Origin: a virus
DNA length: 64,000 nucleotides
IMG/VR virus record: IMGVR_UViG_3300035703_000054
Span: 15,267-79,266 of that record
Strand: one strand, 5' to 3'
Part shown: positions 18,540-28,225 of the stretch, piece after piece
How the letters are laid out: each line of letters begins with the position of its first letter
Numbering within the stretch: position 1 is the first letter of the stretch
Position numbers and translations under genes: made by a program
Notes under the pieces: generated by a model
The model's database searches: none
The model's input: only the letters and a program-made list of their open reading frames with translations
What the model was told of the DNA's origin: nothing

Positions 18540-20072
18540 GTGTCACGCAGACGCGGGTCAGACGACTTTAATTTCAAGCCTTTCAAGGCTACAAATCCTG
18601 CTGAGTTACCGAAAACAGTAAAGGGCTCCGACAACATCAAGGAGCTAAATTCTCCTTTACCGTTTAAACGTCGATTTAGGCCAGCTTTAAATACCAAAGA
18701 TTTTAGTCTTACAAGCGAGTACGACTACGCATCCCTTTGGGTTCGTTGGCGCCGCGGATATGAGCTGAGTATGTACTCTCAGCAAGCTTATGGAGGTTTA
18801 ACTTATTCGTTTAAGTATTTTGTATCCGGTACTCCTGGACTGGGTGTGTTTCTACCCGGTATGTGTTTCATGTATCCGACCACGCGGACGGATATGCGTA
18901 TGCACATGGTTGGCATTCGCCCTCGGGATTCGTTTAATTTCTTGAACTTTGGTTACTCGATTGTTTCTGTAACAGATTACGACGCAAACACGTATGCCGT
19001 GAAACTAAGCTCCACTTTTGGGGCTCCTATTTCTTTCTTTACTGGCGAAGTTTTATCTAATAGATTCAACGCAGACGGTACAGATAAACAGTACGGATTT
19101 AACAACTACACGGTCACAGCCGTGGGCATCGATAATGTGCCTGTAACTCCGTCATATGCTCCTATATTCAATACTTTGTTTTTATCTCATACAGATAACA
19201 CAAGCTGGGCCGTTGTCGATGAAAATACATTAGCCATCCCCGCCACCGGGCCTCCGGCGGTTGGAGAATATCTGACAACGGAGATGCGGTCTCAGTGTAC
19301 CTGTTCCGACTTTTTAGCTCGCGAAAATTTTAATCTGTACGACGCGTCAATTCGCCGTAAGTATCCGCGTACACGCCCGCAGAACTTTGATCCTGGTTAT
19401 TTTGACGCGGGTGTTGACGGATCGCCTCGTGTTGTGCCTTCGTCTGATAACCCTGGTTTCGTTAGAACATTTGGTTTTATTTATATTAATCAGATATACA
19501 ATATCCCTAGTTTTTCTGAAGCGACATACTCGGATCCTAACTTTTTCTACTACCAACCAAAGTGGTGTAAGCATATTTACGCCGCAATGTGGGATCTCCA
19601 GCGCGCATACGATCAAGGCGTAGTCACCGGACCGTGGTTACCGCAACCAACAGACGAACCTCTGAACGAGTATTACAGAGAGTATTTCGAAAAAGAATTA
19701 GAGCGACAGACCACATTCCTGAAGCGTGAGAAAGATTTGGTCTGGTGGCAGCGATACAGCCCGGCTAAGGACGATATGCCGACGCACATGATGTACCCGG
19801 ATATGTACAACATGATGACAAAGACGCTCAATGCCGGAGATTTATCAGGGCCGAATACTCTGCAGGGCGCAAGTTTCGAGATGTTTACGATCGACGAGTT
19901 CAACCCTTTCGATCCCGCATCTTTTGTTGTCGGGACGTATGATGGCGGCACATATGCAAACGGTGTTCTGGTTAATCAACCTACAAACGTGTTTGATGGC
20001 GGTCAGTATTTGAATGGGGTTATAGTTCCTCCGGCTGGTTTCCCCTCTTTAATTAATGGTGGTGTTTATTAA
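18540..20072 (+). CDS. Hypothetical protein with a split SWIM-like zinc finger
   Basis: QCTCSDF ... WCKHIYAA. Confidence 0.55.
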   Translation: MSRRRGSDDFNFKPFKATNPAELPKTVKGSDNIKELNSPLPFKRRFRPALNTKDFSLTSEYDYASLWVRWRRGYELSMYSQQAYGGLTYSFKYFVSGTPGLGVFLPGMCFMYPTTRTDMRMHMVGIRPRDSFNFLNFGYSIVSVTDYDANTYAVKLSSTFGAPISFFTGEVLSNRFNADGTDKQYGFNNYTVTAVGIDNVPVTPSYAPIFNTLFLSHTDNTSWAVVDENTLAIPATGPPAVGEYLTTEMRSQCTCSDFLARENFNLYDASIRRKYPRTRPQNFDPGYFDAGVDGSPRVVPSSDNPGFVRTFGFIYINQIYNIPSFSEATYSDPNFFYYQPKWCKHIYAAMWDLQRAYDQGVVTGPWLPQPTDEPLNEYYREYFEKELERQTTFLKREKDLVWWQRYSPAKDDMPTHMMYPDMYNMMTKTLNAGDLSGPNTLQGASFEMFTIDEFNPFDPASFVVGTYDGGTYANGVLVNQPTNVFDGGQYLNGVIVPPAGFPSLINGGVY

Positions 20073-20738
20073 GTGACTTCAACACCCGTTATCCTTCTCC
20101 TAAAACGATCAGGTCAGTCTTCTGATCGTCCTCAAACTAGCGTTGTTCAGAACGGCGAACTTGCTATCGCCGTGGGCGCTGCAGATCCGGGTCTATATTT
20201 CGAAGACTCTGCCGGAAGCATCCGAAAAATCGGTCCTTCGCACTACGGAACAACTGCGCCTAATTCCACGCCTGTTGGTTTAGCCGGAAACTCCGTTGGT
20301 GAGCTGTGGGCAGATAGTTCGACAGGAAGTTATTACTTAAAAGTCTGGACTGGCGGCGCCTGGCAAAAGGTAGGTGCCGGCTTTGCGGATTCAGCTACTA
20401 CCGCAACCACGGCAACTACAGCTACCTTTGCTACTCAGGCTTCTACAGCTACCCTTTCTTCTGGAACGATTCTGGCTTCGGGTGCTGTATTTTCCCGAAC
20501 AGCAACTTTAGCTTCGGGAACAATTTTAGCTTCAGGTGCTTTATTTGCTAATACAGCAACTTTAGCTTCGGGAGCAATTTTAGCTTCTGGAGCCATTCAG
20601 AGTTCCACGGTGGTCTTAAGCGGACTCCCTAATCCCGTTCTAAATCCGTCCGGAACTCTGATTTATCAGGTTCAGCCGTCTGGTGTTTTTGCAGCCGGTC
20701 TGTATGTTCGAGCTACCGATACTTGGCTCCTTGTTTAA
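20073..20738 (+). CDS. Tail-fibre-like virion protein with ASG repeats
   Basis: LLKRSG...P..GELAI N-terminus, GELWADS..LKVWTGGAW motif, three TATLASG(T/A)ILASGA-type repeats. Confidence 0.6.
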   Translation: MTSTPVILLLKRSGQSSDRPQTSVVQNGELAIAVGAADPGLYFEDSAGSIRKIGPSHYGTTAPNSTPVGLAGNSVGELWADSSTGSYYLKVWTGGAWQKVGAGFADSATTATTATTATFATQASTATLSSGTILASGAVFSRTATLASGTILASGALFANTATLASGAILASGAIQSSTVVLSGLPNPVLNPSGTLIYQVQPSGVFAAGLYVRATDTWLLV

Positions 20739-21274
20739 GGACGCAAAGTGCTCTTGAGGAACCACGAAGCCTTGAACATCATCCCCACGAGTTCCGCCAA
20801 ATAGTTTTCAATATCCGGAGCATCGACTTCCTTTGCAATCTTTTGCAGATCTTTGGAAGTCATTCCACACGTTTCTAGATTTTTCAGATAAACAGTAAGC
20901 CCTTCGCGGGTTTCGTAAGCTTTTACATGTTTAAAGCCTTTGTAAGCGCTCAGCAAACCGCGCTCACACATAGGCATCAGAAAATCCATTGTGCGCACAA
21001 ATTCGGCAATCTGGTCGAATTGCTCAATATGCGCTCCGTACTGTTCTTTTAGGAACTCATGAATCGGTAGAAACAGAGGACCTTCGACGTTCAGATGGAG
21101 TAAATGGCTTTGAACATAAAGTTGATGTAAATAAGAAGATAAAGACACCAGTCCAGAAATTAAATCCTCGACTGATGCCTTGTTCTCCTCGTCCCCCGTC
21201 TCCAGCTCTTCAAACATCTGCTCAGGAGCCTCTTGCGGCGCAGGCGTGGTGCTGAAAGAACCGGAGAACGTCAT
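20735..21274 (-). CDS. dps: Dps/ferritin-like protein
   Basis: SHLLHLNVEGPLFLPIHEFLKEQY...FDQIAEF matches the Dps ferroxidase pattern (H..HWN.G..F..LH....EE.Y...D..AE). Confidence 0.8.
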   Translation of the reverse strand: MTFSGSFSTTPAPQEAPEQMFEELETGDEENKASVEDLISGLVSLSSYLHQLYVQSHLLHLNVEGPLFLPIHEFLKEQYGAHIEQFDQIAEFVRTMDFLMPMCERGLLSAYKGFKHVKAYETREGLTVYLKNLETCGMTSKDLQKIAKEVDAPDIENYLAELVGMMFKASWFLKSTLRP

Positions 21275-21284
21275 TTTTTCGCTA

Positions 21285-21551
21285 TCAGAAAGAGCAAGCA
21301 GCCGCAGTTGCGGGCTCTGCAGTTTCCACTTTAGCGGCGGATGAAGTCTTCAGGTACTCCTCGAGTGCGTTTTTATTCACGCGGTACAGAGATTTGGCGC
21401 CATTAGGCTGCAAATTCACGAAGATTTGCTTGGGCCATCCGCCGGGTTGGTTGGACTCAGTCAGAGCAATACGTTTGCGCACAAAACCAGAGCTGCAGTT
21501 CAGGAATTCAGCGGTCTCTGCGATTGTCAGAAGATTCTTGTCGTCAGGCAT
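21285..21551 (-). CDS. Excisionase/MerR-like HTH DNA-binding protein
   Basis: LLTIAETAEFLNCSSGFVRKRI. Confidence 0.65.
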   Translation of the reverse strand: MPDDKNLLTIAETAEFLNCSSGFVRKRIALTESNQPGGWPKQIFVNLQPNGAKSLYRVNKNALEEYLKTSSAAKVETAEPATAAACSF

Positions 21552-21700
21552 GACGATATAGAAGATGAATTACAGAGGACACTATAGAGCTTTTTCTGCT
21601 CTGCGTAGTCCTGTGTGGAGGAGTTCATGTACTCTTAAGGTTTCTGTTGAGCTGTGTGAAGCGTTGTAGTATTTACAATATTGTTAGATTCTGTGTCCAT

Positions 21701-21949
21701 ATGGCTATTCGTATCGCTGGGGAAATTTTTAAAAACTACAACGTCCCCAAACGAGACGTTCAGAGCGGTAAAGAATTCTCCGTGGCAGCCAAGGAAGGGG
21801 ACACTGTGCGTTTAGTGCGCTTTGGTGATCCCAATATGGAGAACCGTAGTAACGAACCAGATCGACGCCGAGCTTTTCGTTCGCGTCATAGCTGTGACGA
21901 GAAGAAGAGCAAATTGACTCCGGGTTACTGGAGTTGTAAATCATGGTGA
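21701..21949 (+). CDS. Conserved aquatic-phage hypothetical protein
   Basis: VRLVRFGDPNM...RRAFRSRHSC...PGYWSCKSW. Confidence 0.7.
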   Translation: MAIRIAGEIFKNYNVPKRDVQSGKEFSVAAKEGDTVRLVRFGDPNMENRSNEPDRRRAFRSRHSCDEKKSKLTPGYWSCKSW

Positions 21950-22059
21950 GTACAATGTGTTTTCATTTTATTTATAGCGCATAACGAAAGCTTCTATTTT
22001 TCGAAATAATGTGATACGGAGATACTGGGAGTTAGACTCTGAGTATCGGCAGCCGGCAC

Positions 22060-22314
22060 ATGGCCTCCAAGCGTGATTCGGAGCACACAGGGAACTTAGC
22101 CTGCGGTTTGACGCTAGAGGACGAGTTCGTACTTACACGCATTCGTACTAAAGCACACACACTACATAGTAAGGATCGCGATAATTATCTCTGGGATAAA
22201 GTGTTTAAGTTGATCTGCCGAGAGAGGGCGTATAAAACAGTAATGGCTGAAGTGGGCATCGCTGTGGATACAAACATGAAGTTATTTGATGACGAAGAAC
22301 TGAAAGAAAGTTGA
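22060..22314 (+). CDS. nblA: NblA-like phycobilisome degradation protein (copy 1)
   Basis: LTLEDEF...YL...ICRERAYKTVM aligns without gaps to the NblA pattern LSLEQQF...FL...VVREATYQELL as recalled. Confidence 0.55.
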   Translation: MASKRDSEHTGNLACGLTLEDEFVLTRIRTKAHTLHSKDRDNYLWDKVFKLICRERAYKTVMAEVGIAVDTNMKLFDDEELKES

Positions 22315-22383
22315 GCAAAGATTAAACTAAAATCAGCGGATCATATCCCTGCGATTTTCATCTTCTAGGCAAAAATTCAAAAC

Positions 22384-23703
22384 ATGCCGTACACCACAGA
22401 GCAACTTAAGCAAATCGCTAGGCAAAAAGCCCGTGATTTTGGTGTTAATCCGGCTATTTTTGAGCGCCTTATAACTACAGAGTCTGGGTGGAACCCCGCC
22501 GCTGTTAGTCCTGCCGGAGCGCAAGGACTGGGTCAGTTGATGCCTGCGACTGCTCGGGGCCTTGGTGTGTCTGATCCGTCAGACCCGGTTCAAAACATAA
22601 CAGCAAGTGCTAGGTACCTCAGTCAGCAATTAAAACGTTTCGGGTCATATCCCAAAGCTCTGGCTGCGTATAACGCAGGCCCCGGCAACGTGGAAAGATA
22701 CGGGGGTATTCCGCCTTTTAAAGAGACGAGAAATTACGTAACCAAAATTTTAGGCGGGACCGCTGTTCCTACGGGGGGCATGATGGCTCCCCGCGGCCCA
22801 GCGCAAACTCCAGCCCCTGTTCCAGCTCCTGCTAATGCCGCGCAACGCATTCAACTTCCCCGATTCGACCTTCGCGGCGCTTTGAAAGGTCTGCTGCTGC
22901 GTTCAGCTGTCGAAGGTTTGGGGACACCAAACAGCGCAGCCGAAGCTATACAGCTCCAAAACCGTGCCGCTGAATTGGCGGATGCCGGCTACGAGGATGA
23001 AGCGGATGTTCTGGAGTCGCAGTCGATCAGCAAGCTAGCCGAATCGACGCAGCAAGTAGGTTTAGATCCATCAACATTAGCTAAAAACATCTTGGAGCTC
23101 AGGCAGCAGCAGACGGCATATAACGCAGAGGCTTCTCAGATTGAACGAACACTCAACGACGTGGCCGTGAGTCAGACGGCGCAAGCTGCTGGTGTTAATA
23201 CCCAGACAGGGGCTAAACCGGGTCAAGGTTTCGCTAAAACTGGCGGAGGTATTTCGTATCCGAATGCTGTTGTCACCTCTGCCGTCGATGCCACGGGCGA
23301 ACCTGGCTTGGATTTTGCGCTTGCGGGAGGGGCTAACGCGATGTTTGCGACGCCTTTTAATGCTCAGGTTTTAAAAGTCGTTCGCGAACCTAACGCCGCT
23401 AATCGAGGTCCAGGCGGCCGTGGGTACGGTAACTATGTTGAGCTTCGAGGTGTTACTCCTGAGGGTAAACCTTTCGACACCTTGATTGCTCACTTCAACG
23501 AAATCAATCCGAATCTAAAGCCCGGTATGCGTTTAGCGGCGGGCACGCCTCTTGGTTTACAAGGGACTACAGGTCGCGCTACGGGTCCTCACATTTCTAT
23601 GGACTTCTTTGATCCCGGAGCTTCTACAGCTAGCCCAGAAATCCTGCGGATAAGAGATATTGTTGCTGGTAGAATTAAGCGAGGCCAAGCACCTTTCGGA
23701 TAA
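22384..23703 (+). CDS. Virion-associated lytic transglycosylase (SLT) fused to an M23-like domain
   Basis: [39 protein letters not shown]; C-terminal [25 protein letters not shown]. Confidence 0.85.
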   Translation: MPYTTEQLKQIARQKARDFGVNPAIFERLITTESGWNPAAVSPAGAQGLGQLMPATARGLGVSDPSDPVQNITASARYLSQQLKRFGSYPKALAAYNAGPGNVERYGGIPPFKETRNYVTKILGGTAVPTGGMMAPRGPAQTPAPVPAPANAAQRIQLPRFDLRGALKGLLLRSAVEGLGTPNSAAEAIQLQNRAAELADAGYEDEADVLESQSISKLAESTQQVGLDPSTLAKNILELRQQQTAYNAEASQIERTLNDVAVSQTAQAAGVNTQTGAKPGQGFAKTGGGISYPNAVVTSAVDATGEPGLDFALAGGANAMFATPFNAQVLKVVREPNAANRGPGGRGYGNYVELRGVTPEGKPFDTLIAHFNEINPNLKPGMRLAAGTPLGLQGTTGRATGPHISMDFFDPGASTASPEILRIRDIVAGRIKRGQAPFG

Positions 23704-24236
23704 TGGGTTTATTCGGTCCTAGTCCTGCTGAGCGTGCTCAAGCTTCGGTAAATACCGCACGCGATATTCAGAAGCGGACTATCGTTGCTTTACGGCGTCA
23801 AAATCAGAGATTAAAAAAACGAGCGAATAAACAACAACAAGCTATAAGCAACCTGGCTCCGATGGGGCCTAAGGAGGCCACTACGCAACTTTCGCAAGAT
23901 TTTTACAAGACGATCGGTGATATCGGCAGCCAGTACAGTCGACAATTAGCTCAATATGATCCGAATCTGCTCGCTTCACAATCAGCGAAACGGTTTGCAG
24001 GTATGTTGTCCTCGAGTTTGAGCGATTACACCAATCGGCTTAACCAAGCAAGTCAAGCTGGAAGTGCTCGGTTATATGCAGCGTTATCTGCACCCATCAC
24101 ACAGTTCCAAAAAATAGCGGAAGATCCTGCTTTTAATAATCTGCTTAATCAGACGTTTATGTCCTACGCGAGTAATCCGCCTACAGTTACGAGCGACGTG
24201 GAATCCATGAAGCAATTATATACATACAATGTCTGA
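23703..24236 (+). CDS. Hypothetical helical protein
   Basis: TAATG coupling with SLT gene. Confidence 0.6.
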   Translation: MGLFGPSPAERAQASVNTARDIQKRTIVALRRQNQRLKKRANKQQQAISNLAPMGPKEATTQLSQDFYKTIGDIGSQYSRQLAQYDPNLLASQSAKRFAGMLSSSLSDYTNRLNQASQAGSARLYAALSAPITQFQKIAEDPAFNNLLNQTFMSYASNPPTVTSDVESMKQLYTYNV

Positions 24237-24534
24237 CGACATAAGAGAATCAAAACACGAACGAAAGGTCAGGTTTCACAGCGAAGCTCCTTTTGCGAAA
24301 CACGATTACCGCTATCGAAGCCGCGATGTTATTCGTATGGCCGGTAAGGTCTGGTCGGAAGGCCCGAGCGAACGGCGTCAACGCTTAGAGAGAGAAAGGC
24401 TCTCAGGTAAATCTAAATCCACCCCCGTGGGTCTCGGATTTGCTGAGCGAGATGCTTACGGCCCGAATGACAATTTCGGGACCGCACGTTTTCTCAGTAA
24501 TATACGCGCCCCAGAGGACTATAGAATTCAATAA
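24229..24534 (+). CDS. Hypothetical basic protein
   Basis: Overlaps upstream stop. Confidence 0.5.
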   Translation: MSDDIRESKHERKVRFHSEAPFAKHDYRYRSRDVIRMAGKVWSEGPSERRQRLERERLSGKSKSTPVGLGFAERDAYGPNDNFGTARFLSNIRAPEDYRIQ

Positions 24535-25072
24535 AGTCCCTGACTCTTTCTTCTGGTTTAGTTGATTCAGGCATATATAAGATAAATCCGTAACATCTTG
24601 TGTTAGTTATTTTTGGAAGATCTGGCGTATCCAAGTGAAGCGCAGGTTTCTCCTTTAAAACACACATGGGAAGGTCTAAGCCGATCTTCTGCGTGGTTAT
24701 TAATGCAACTTCTGTCGAGGTTAGAAAAATAATGGCTTCCTCGAAGTTGTTTCTTAGATACTGCCGATAGCACTCCTCCAACCACACGCGTTGAGCTGAC
24801 TTGACGAAGCGCTTTTTTCTGCGGAAAACGCTGGAATCGGGCGGTTGTTCGTCGTAAGTCAGGCTGTCCCTGGGCGGATATAAATATACGTTTTTAGCTT
24901 CCCACTTTTGCCGAAGACCGTTATCTTCCGCAGTGAAATAACGATCTGCGTTTATTAAAGTGTTCGCGGATTTGCTGGAAGCCGGGTCTAACTCGACGCG
25001 GCCTCCGAAAAACGCAGATGTGATTCCGATTACGTCTGGCGGAGAGACGAAATCAGTCGCGACTTGCGGCAT
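24494..25072 (-). CDS. Phage N6-adenine methyltransferase-like protein lacking NPPY
   Basis: VELDPAS...YFTAEDNGLRQKW...VYLYPP. Confidence 0.6.
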   Translation of the reverse strand: MPQVATDFVSPPDVIGITSAFFGGRVELDPASSKSANTLINADRYFTAEDNGLRQKWEAKNVYLYPPRDSLTYDEQPPDSSVFRRKKRFVKSAQRVWLEECYRQYLRNNFEEAIIFLTSTEVALITTQKIGLDLPMCVLKEKPALHLDTPDLPKITNTRCYGFILYMPESTKPEERVRDFIEFYSPLGRVYY

Positions 25073-25475
25073 CAGCGATCCCGTCGAGTCGAGAATTTGC
25101 TTCGTCTAAATCGATCACGTGGGCACTTATCCCGTATCGAGAGGCTAAGAGGACCAAAGCTTTATCCTCTTTACTCCCTACTTTCTGAACAAGACCGATA
25201 GCTTCCGATAAAAACTTTGCTGTATCCGCGTCACACATTTCTTCTGCTAACGCCATATCCGTTTTTAAGTCCGCTACTGTCATGTACACGCTTTGATCTG
25301 GCTTAGCGGGATTGAAGCACAGAGCTCCTGCGCCGGATGCCTTCCGAAATTCTTGGTACAGGGTCACGATGTCCCCTGTTATCATTTTGGCCGTATTAAG
25401 ACCGATACGGTTCTTTACTTCTGACTTACCGAACAGATCTTTAGCAAGTTTGTCGCGTTCTTTGGAGTTAGCCAT
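25053..25475 (-). CDS. Hypothetical protein
   Basis: Likely start MANSKERD at 25475. Confidence 0.55.
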   Translation of the reverse strand: MANSKERDKLAKDLFGKSEVKNRIGLNTAKMITGDIVTLYQEFRKASGAGALCFNPAKPDQSVYMTVADLKTDMALAEEMCDADTAKFLSEAIGLVQKVGSKEDKALVLLASRYGISAHVIDLDEANSRLDGIADAASRD

Positions 25476-25803
25476 TTTGATAGTTGGTGAAGTTCTTCCA
25501 CGCTGATTCCAAGACTTTAGTCGCATCAAAGAGGAATGCGGAGGTATTGGTTTCCGCCGGGTCAAGCTTGCAGTAATGACGGCCTTCAACCAAACCAGCA
25601 GTACCGCCGCTCGCAATACCAGTATGAATAAGTTTATCGATAACCACAGGAGCGACGTTGAGCCTCGAAGCAATAGCTTTTTTACTAACAAACGCCGTGG
25701 TGACCTTGTTTGCTTTTGCATTTGAAATAATTTGAAGACTGGTGTCGATGTTGGTGAGGACTTCAATCAGTTTTTTAAGATCTTTTGTGATGTCTAGAGT
25801 CAT
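25468..25803 (-). CDS. Hypothetical protein, possible HTH
   Basis: Likely start MTLDITKD at 25803; VSKKAIASRLNVAPVVIDKLI. Confidence 0.5.
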   Translation of the reverse strand: MTLDITKDLKKLIEVLTNIDTSLQIISNAKANKVTTAFVSKKAIASRLNVAPVVIDKLIHTGIASGGTAGLVEGRHYCKLDPAETNTSAFLFDATKVLESAWKNFTNYQNG

Positions 25804-25943
25804 GGGAAATGGTAGGGAGGCCGCCCCATCACCGGGTACCCGGCAATGCGGTTCGTTTACAAGTCGTAGGAAACGACAAAAACTACGACTACCTCCCAAG
25901 ATACTGCGTAAGGGCCGTTCTTACCAGACGCAGCGAGTTGAGT

Positions 25944-26369
25944 CTAAGGTAGTCTCATCCATTCTGCATTAGATAAATCTTCTACAAATTTTAATTTGTT
26001 GTTAAATCCGCTTCTGACCCTTTGTCTTATGTCGGACGCCTCGAAGCGTGATCTGTGGTGATAAGGATTTACGCATCCGATAGTTCCGCAGGTTCGTTTC
26101 AGAGTGTTGTTACCGATATCAGCTTTGAAGAAAGCGTAGTAAACATTTGCGATTTTTAGTCTCTTACCTTCTAATCTCAAATGCGTAAACGATGATTTCC
26201 AACACTCGTAGAGGTCTTGATTCTGAAGAGTCAGTTGAGTGAGAACAGCTCTCAATTCAGGTTTTATGTCATCTAGACACGGAAATACCGGATCTAGATC
26301 AATTTCTTTAAGACAGTCTTGGCAAACTGTATCAGTCTTTTTGTGAGACTCATTTTTTATGCAGGTCAC
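25944..26369 (-). CDS. Protein with truncated His-Me finger zinc loop
   Basis: RTCGTIGCVNPYH. Confidence 0.55.
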   Translation of the reverse strand: MTCIKNESHKKTDTVCQDCLKEIDLDPVFPCLDDIKPELRAVLTQLTLQNQDLYECWKSSFTHLRLEGKRLKIANVYYAFFKADIGNNTLKRTCGTIGCVNPYHHRSRFEASDIRQRVRSGFNNKLKFVEDLSNAEWMRLP

Positions 26370-26794
26370 AGCAGGCTTTCAAGCTGGGTAACGAAATCGT
26401 CAGGCTCTTCGATCAACAGTTCAATGAGTTTTTCCACAGTTTTACGAATATCTTTTTCTGACGTTTCGGTTGCTTTGCTTTCGTTCAGCATCAACCAGTA
26501 CTTATGGGCATTAAGAAGATAAAGGTGTGTCTGTTTCGCCCGCAGAGCTTGCGTTTTCCAGCGATCAAACTCAAAACTGCTGTTATGCCGACTGCTTCCA
26601 GTCTTTAGCTCCAGCTCGCGAATCTCGATTTGAAGCTCGATATCTCGGATTGTGTACTCCGTGGATGAAATTTTAGCTTTGCACTCTTCGATAGATTCAG
26701 GTTGCTTGTTATCGGAGTAGATCCACGCAGGGAGATTCTCGATAACGTATTTAGCGTCCCAGAGGCTGGGCTTAGTAGGCGTAGCAGTGGTCAT
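26366..26794 (-). CDS. Hypothetical coiled-coil protein
   Basis: ATGA coupling. Confidence 0.55.
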   Translation of the reverse strand: MTTATPTKPSLWDAKYVIENLPAWIYSDNKQPESIEECKAKISSTEYTIRDIELQIEIRELELKTGSSRHNSSFEFDRWKTQALRAKQTHLYLLNAHKYWLMLNESKATETSEKDIRKTVEKLIELLIEEPDDFVTQLESLL

Positions 26795-27123
26795 AATTCT
26801 AAAATTTGCTTAATCAGAGTGTTGAAACGGCCGTTGACGCAATACAGCACGTGGTGTTCAAATGAAATTTTGATGACCAAATCGTACTTAATGAGTCGAT
26901 TTAAATCTCGTAAGATTTTGAGTTTAGAAGCTCCGAGATTTCCGATTAGGTCTGCTGTAGACAACGGTTGGTCTGATGCTAGCAGACCGATTAAATCTCC
27001 GTAATGCCTTATGCAAGCACAGATTTTTTTATATTCGTGATCGTTCGAAGCGACAAGTCCCTGTTGTATTTCGATTTCAGCATCTCCTGAATGGTTTTGT
27101 TTCGTATCTTGCGGGCCACCCAT
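26791..27123 (-). CDS. Winged-helix DNA-binding protein (start uncertain)
   Basis: PLSTADLIGNLGASKLKILRDLNRLIKYDLV. Confidence 0.5.
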   Translation of the reverse strand: MGGPQDTKQNHSGDAEIEIQQGLVASNDHEYKKICACIRHYGDLIGLLASDQPLSTADLIGNLGASKLKILRDLNRLIKYDLVIKISFEHHVLYCVNGRFNTLIKQILEL

Positions 27124-27710
27124 GTTTTGACGTCCTCTCGCATTTCAGGTGTGACTTTAGTAGCTGGGCTTGCGGTCAGCATCATGTGATACGGATTAAC
27201 ACATTCTGGATCTCCGCAGGTTGTCAGAATTTTATCGGCGTCAGAAAGAGCGACGTTGTGGAATTTGGCATACACGAATCGCCTTGGTCTCATGATTGTC
27301 TTATCTGTAGAATCGACAAGACGGGCAAAGGTACAAGGCAGATAAATGTGCTGATCGGGCGTCAAGGCCAACCGATTCTGCTTGAACCAGACGGCGACCT
27401 TATCCGATGGGCTACGGGCGGCCCGCAGCTCCTCTAGGCAGATCGGACAGGCATAGACCCCGAGGACGGGGTGGGACCGTTCTAGGTCGCTTGTCGCCAC
27501 GTGGATGGTTTCATGGCGGCCGCATTTGCAGTCCAGACTCGAGACATCGCCGCGCTCGACGACTTGGAATGAGTCCAAGGTGTAGAGCTTTGAGATTGGG
27601 CCTTCGGAGGGCTCAACCGGCGTTTGGACCAGTAAGCCCAGCACTGAGACCAGTATGGGGTTGAACATAGACGTACACCAAGTTGCACGGTGTTCACCCA
27701 AGGATAGCAC
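27009..27710 (-). CDS. Zinc-binding protein with His-Me finger loop
   Basis: CKCGRH, CPIC, TTCGDPECVNPYH. Confidence 0.55.
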   Translation of the reverse strand: MLSLGEHRATWCTSMFNPILVSVLGLLVQTPVEPSEGPISKLYTLDSFQVVERGDVSSLDCKCGRHETIHVATSDLERSHPVLGVYACPICLEELRAARSPSDKVAVWFKQNRLALTPDQHIYLPCTFARLVDSTDKTIMRPRRFVYAKFHNVALSDADKILTTCGDPECVNPYHMMLTASPATKVTPEMREDVKTWVARKIRNKTIQEMLKSKYNRDLSLRTITNIKKSVLA

Positions 27711-28028
27711 GGTTAACCTTGACCCTTCTAATTACTTTTTCTCTTAAGAGGGCTACTTAACGCAACTTGCCTGTCGCACTTGAGTCTCGGCTTAGCGGCT
27801 TAGTTACGTTATTTAATTAGGGTGTCGGTCGCGTACGCATACTATTACCTAATTTAATTTTAAATATATTTATAAATCTCCGCAGACACGCAATTCACGT
27901 TATATCGACCCTCCTAAAAACTTTTTTTCCGGTCAGTCGAGCACGAATCCAGCGTGGGTTCCGATGTTTTTGGTAATTCTTAAGGTTGTCTGTTAATATT
28001 TGTGCATAACACACCTTAGGTGTTCCCT

Positions 28029-28193
28029 GTGACGACTCTGACTGACCTGCCTTCTCCTGCGAATGAGAGCCCTGATGCCGAATTTTGGGCTGAGTGCCGT
28101 CGACGTGCTTTAGAATGGAACATACCCGCCTGGCAGCTCGCTGAGGAGGGTTTTCAGCACCCTGCCCTTGACGCGCGCACACGTAGGGGGTAG
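28029..28193 (+). CDS. Small hypothetical protein (54 aa)
   Basis: Manual translation MTTLTDLPSP...EFWAECRRRALEWNIPAWQLAEEG... Confidence 0.4.
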   Translation: MTTLTDLPSPANESPDAEFWAECRRRALEWNIPAWQLAEEGFQHPALDARTRRG

Positions 28194-28225
28194 GATTCAC
28201 ATTCACATCAACTTAAATTTTTAAA

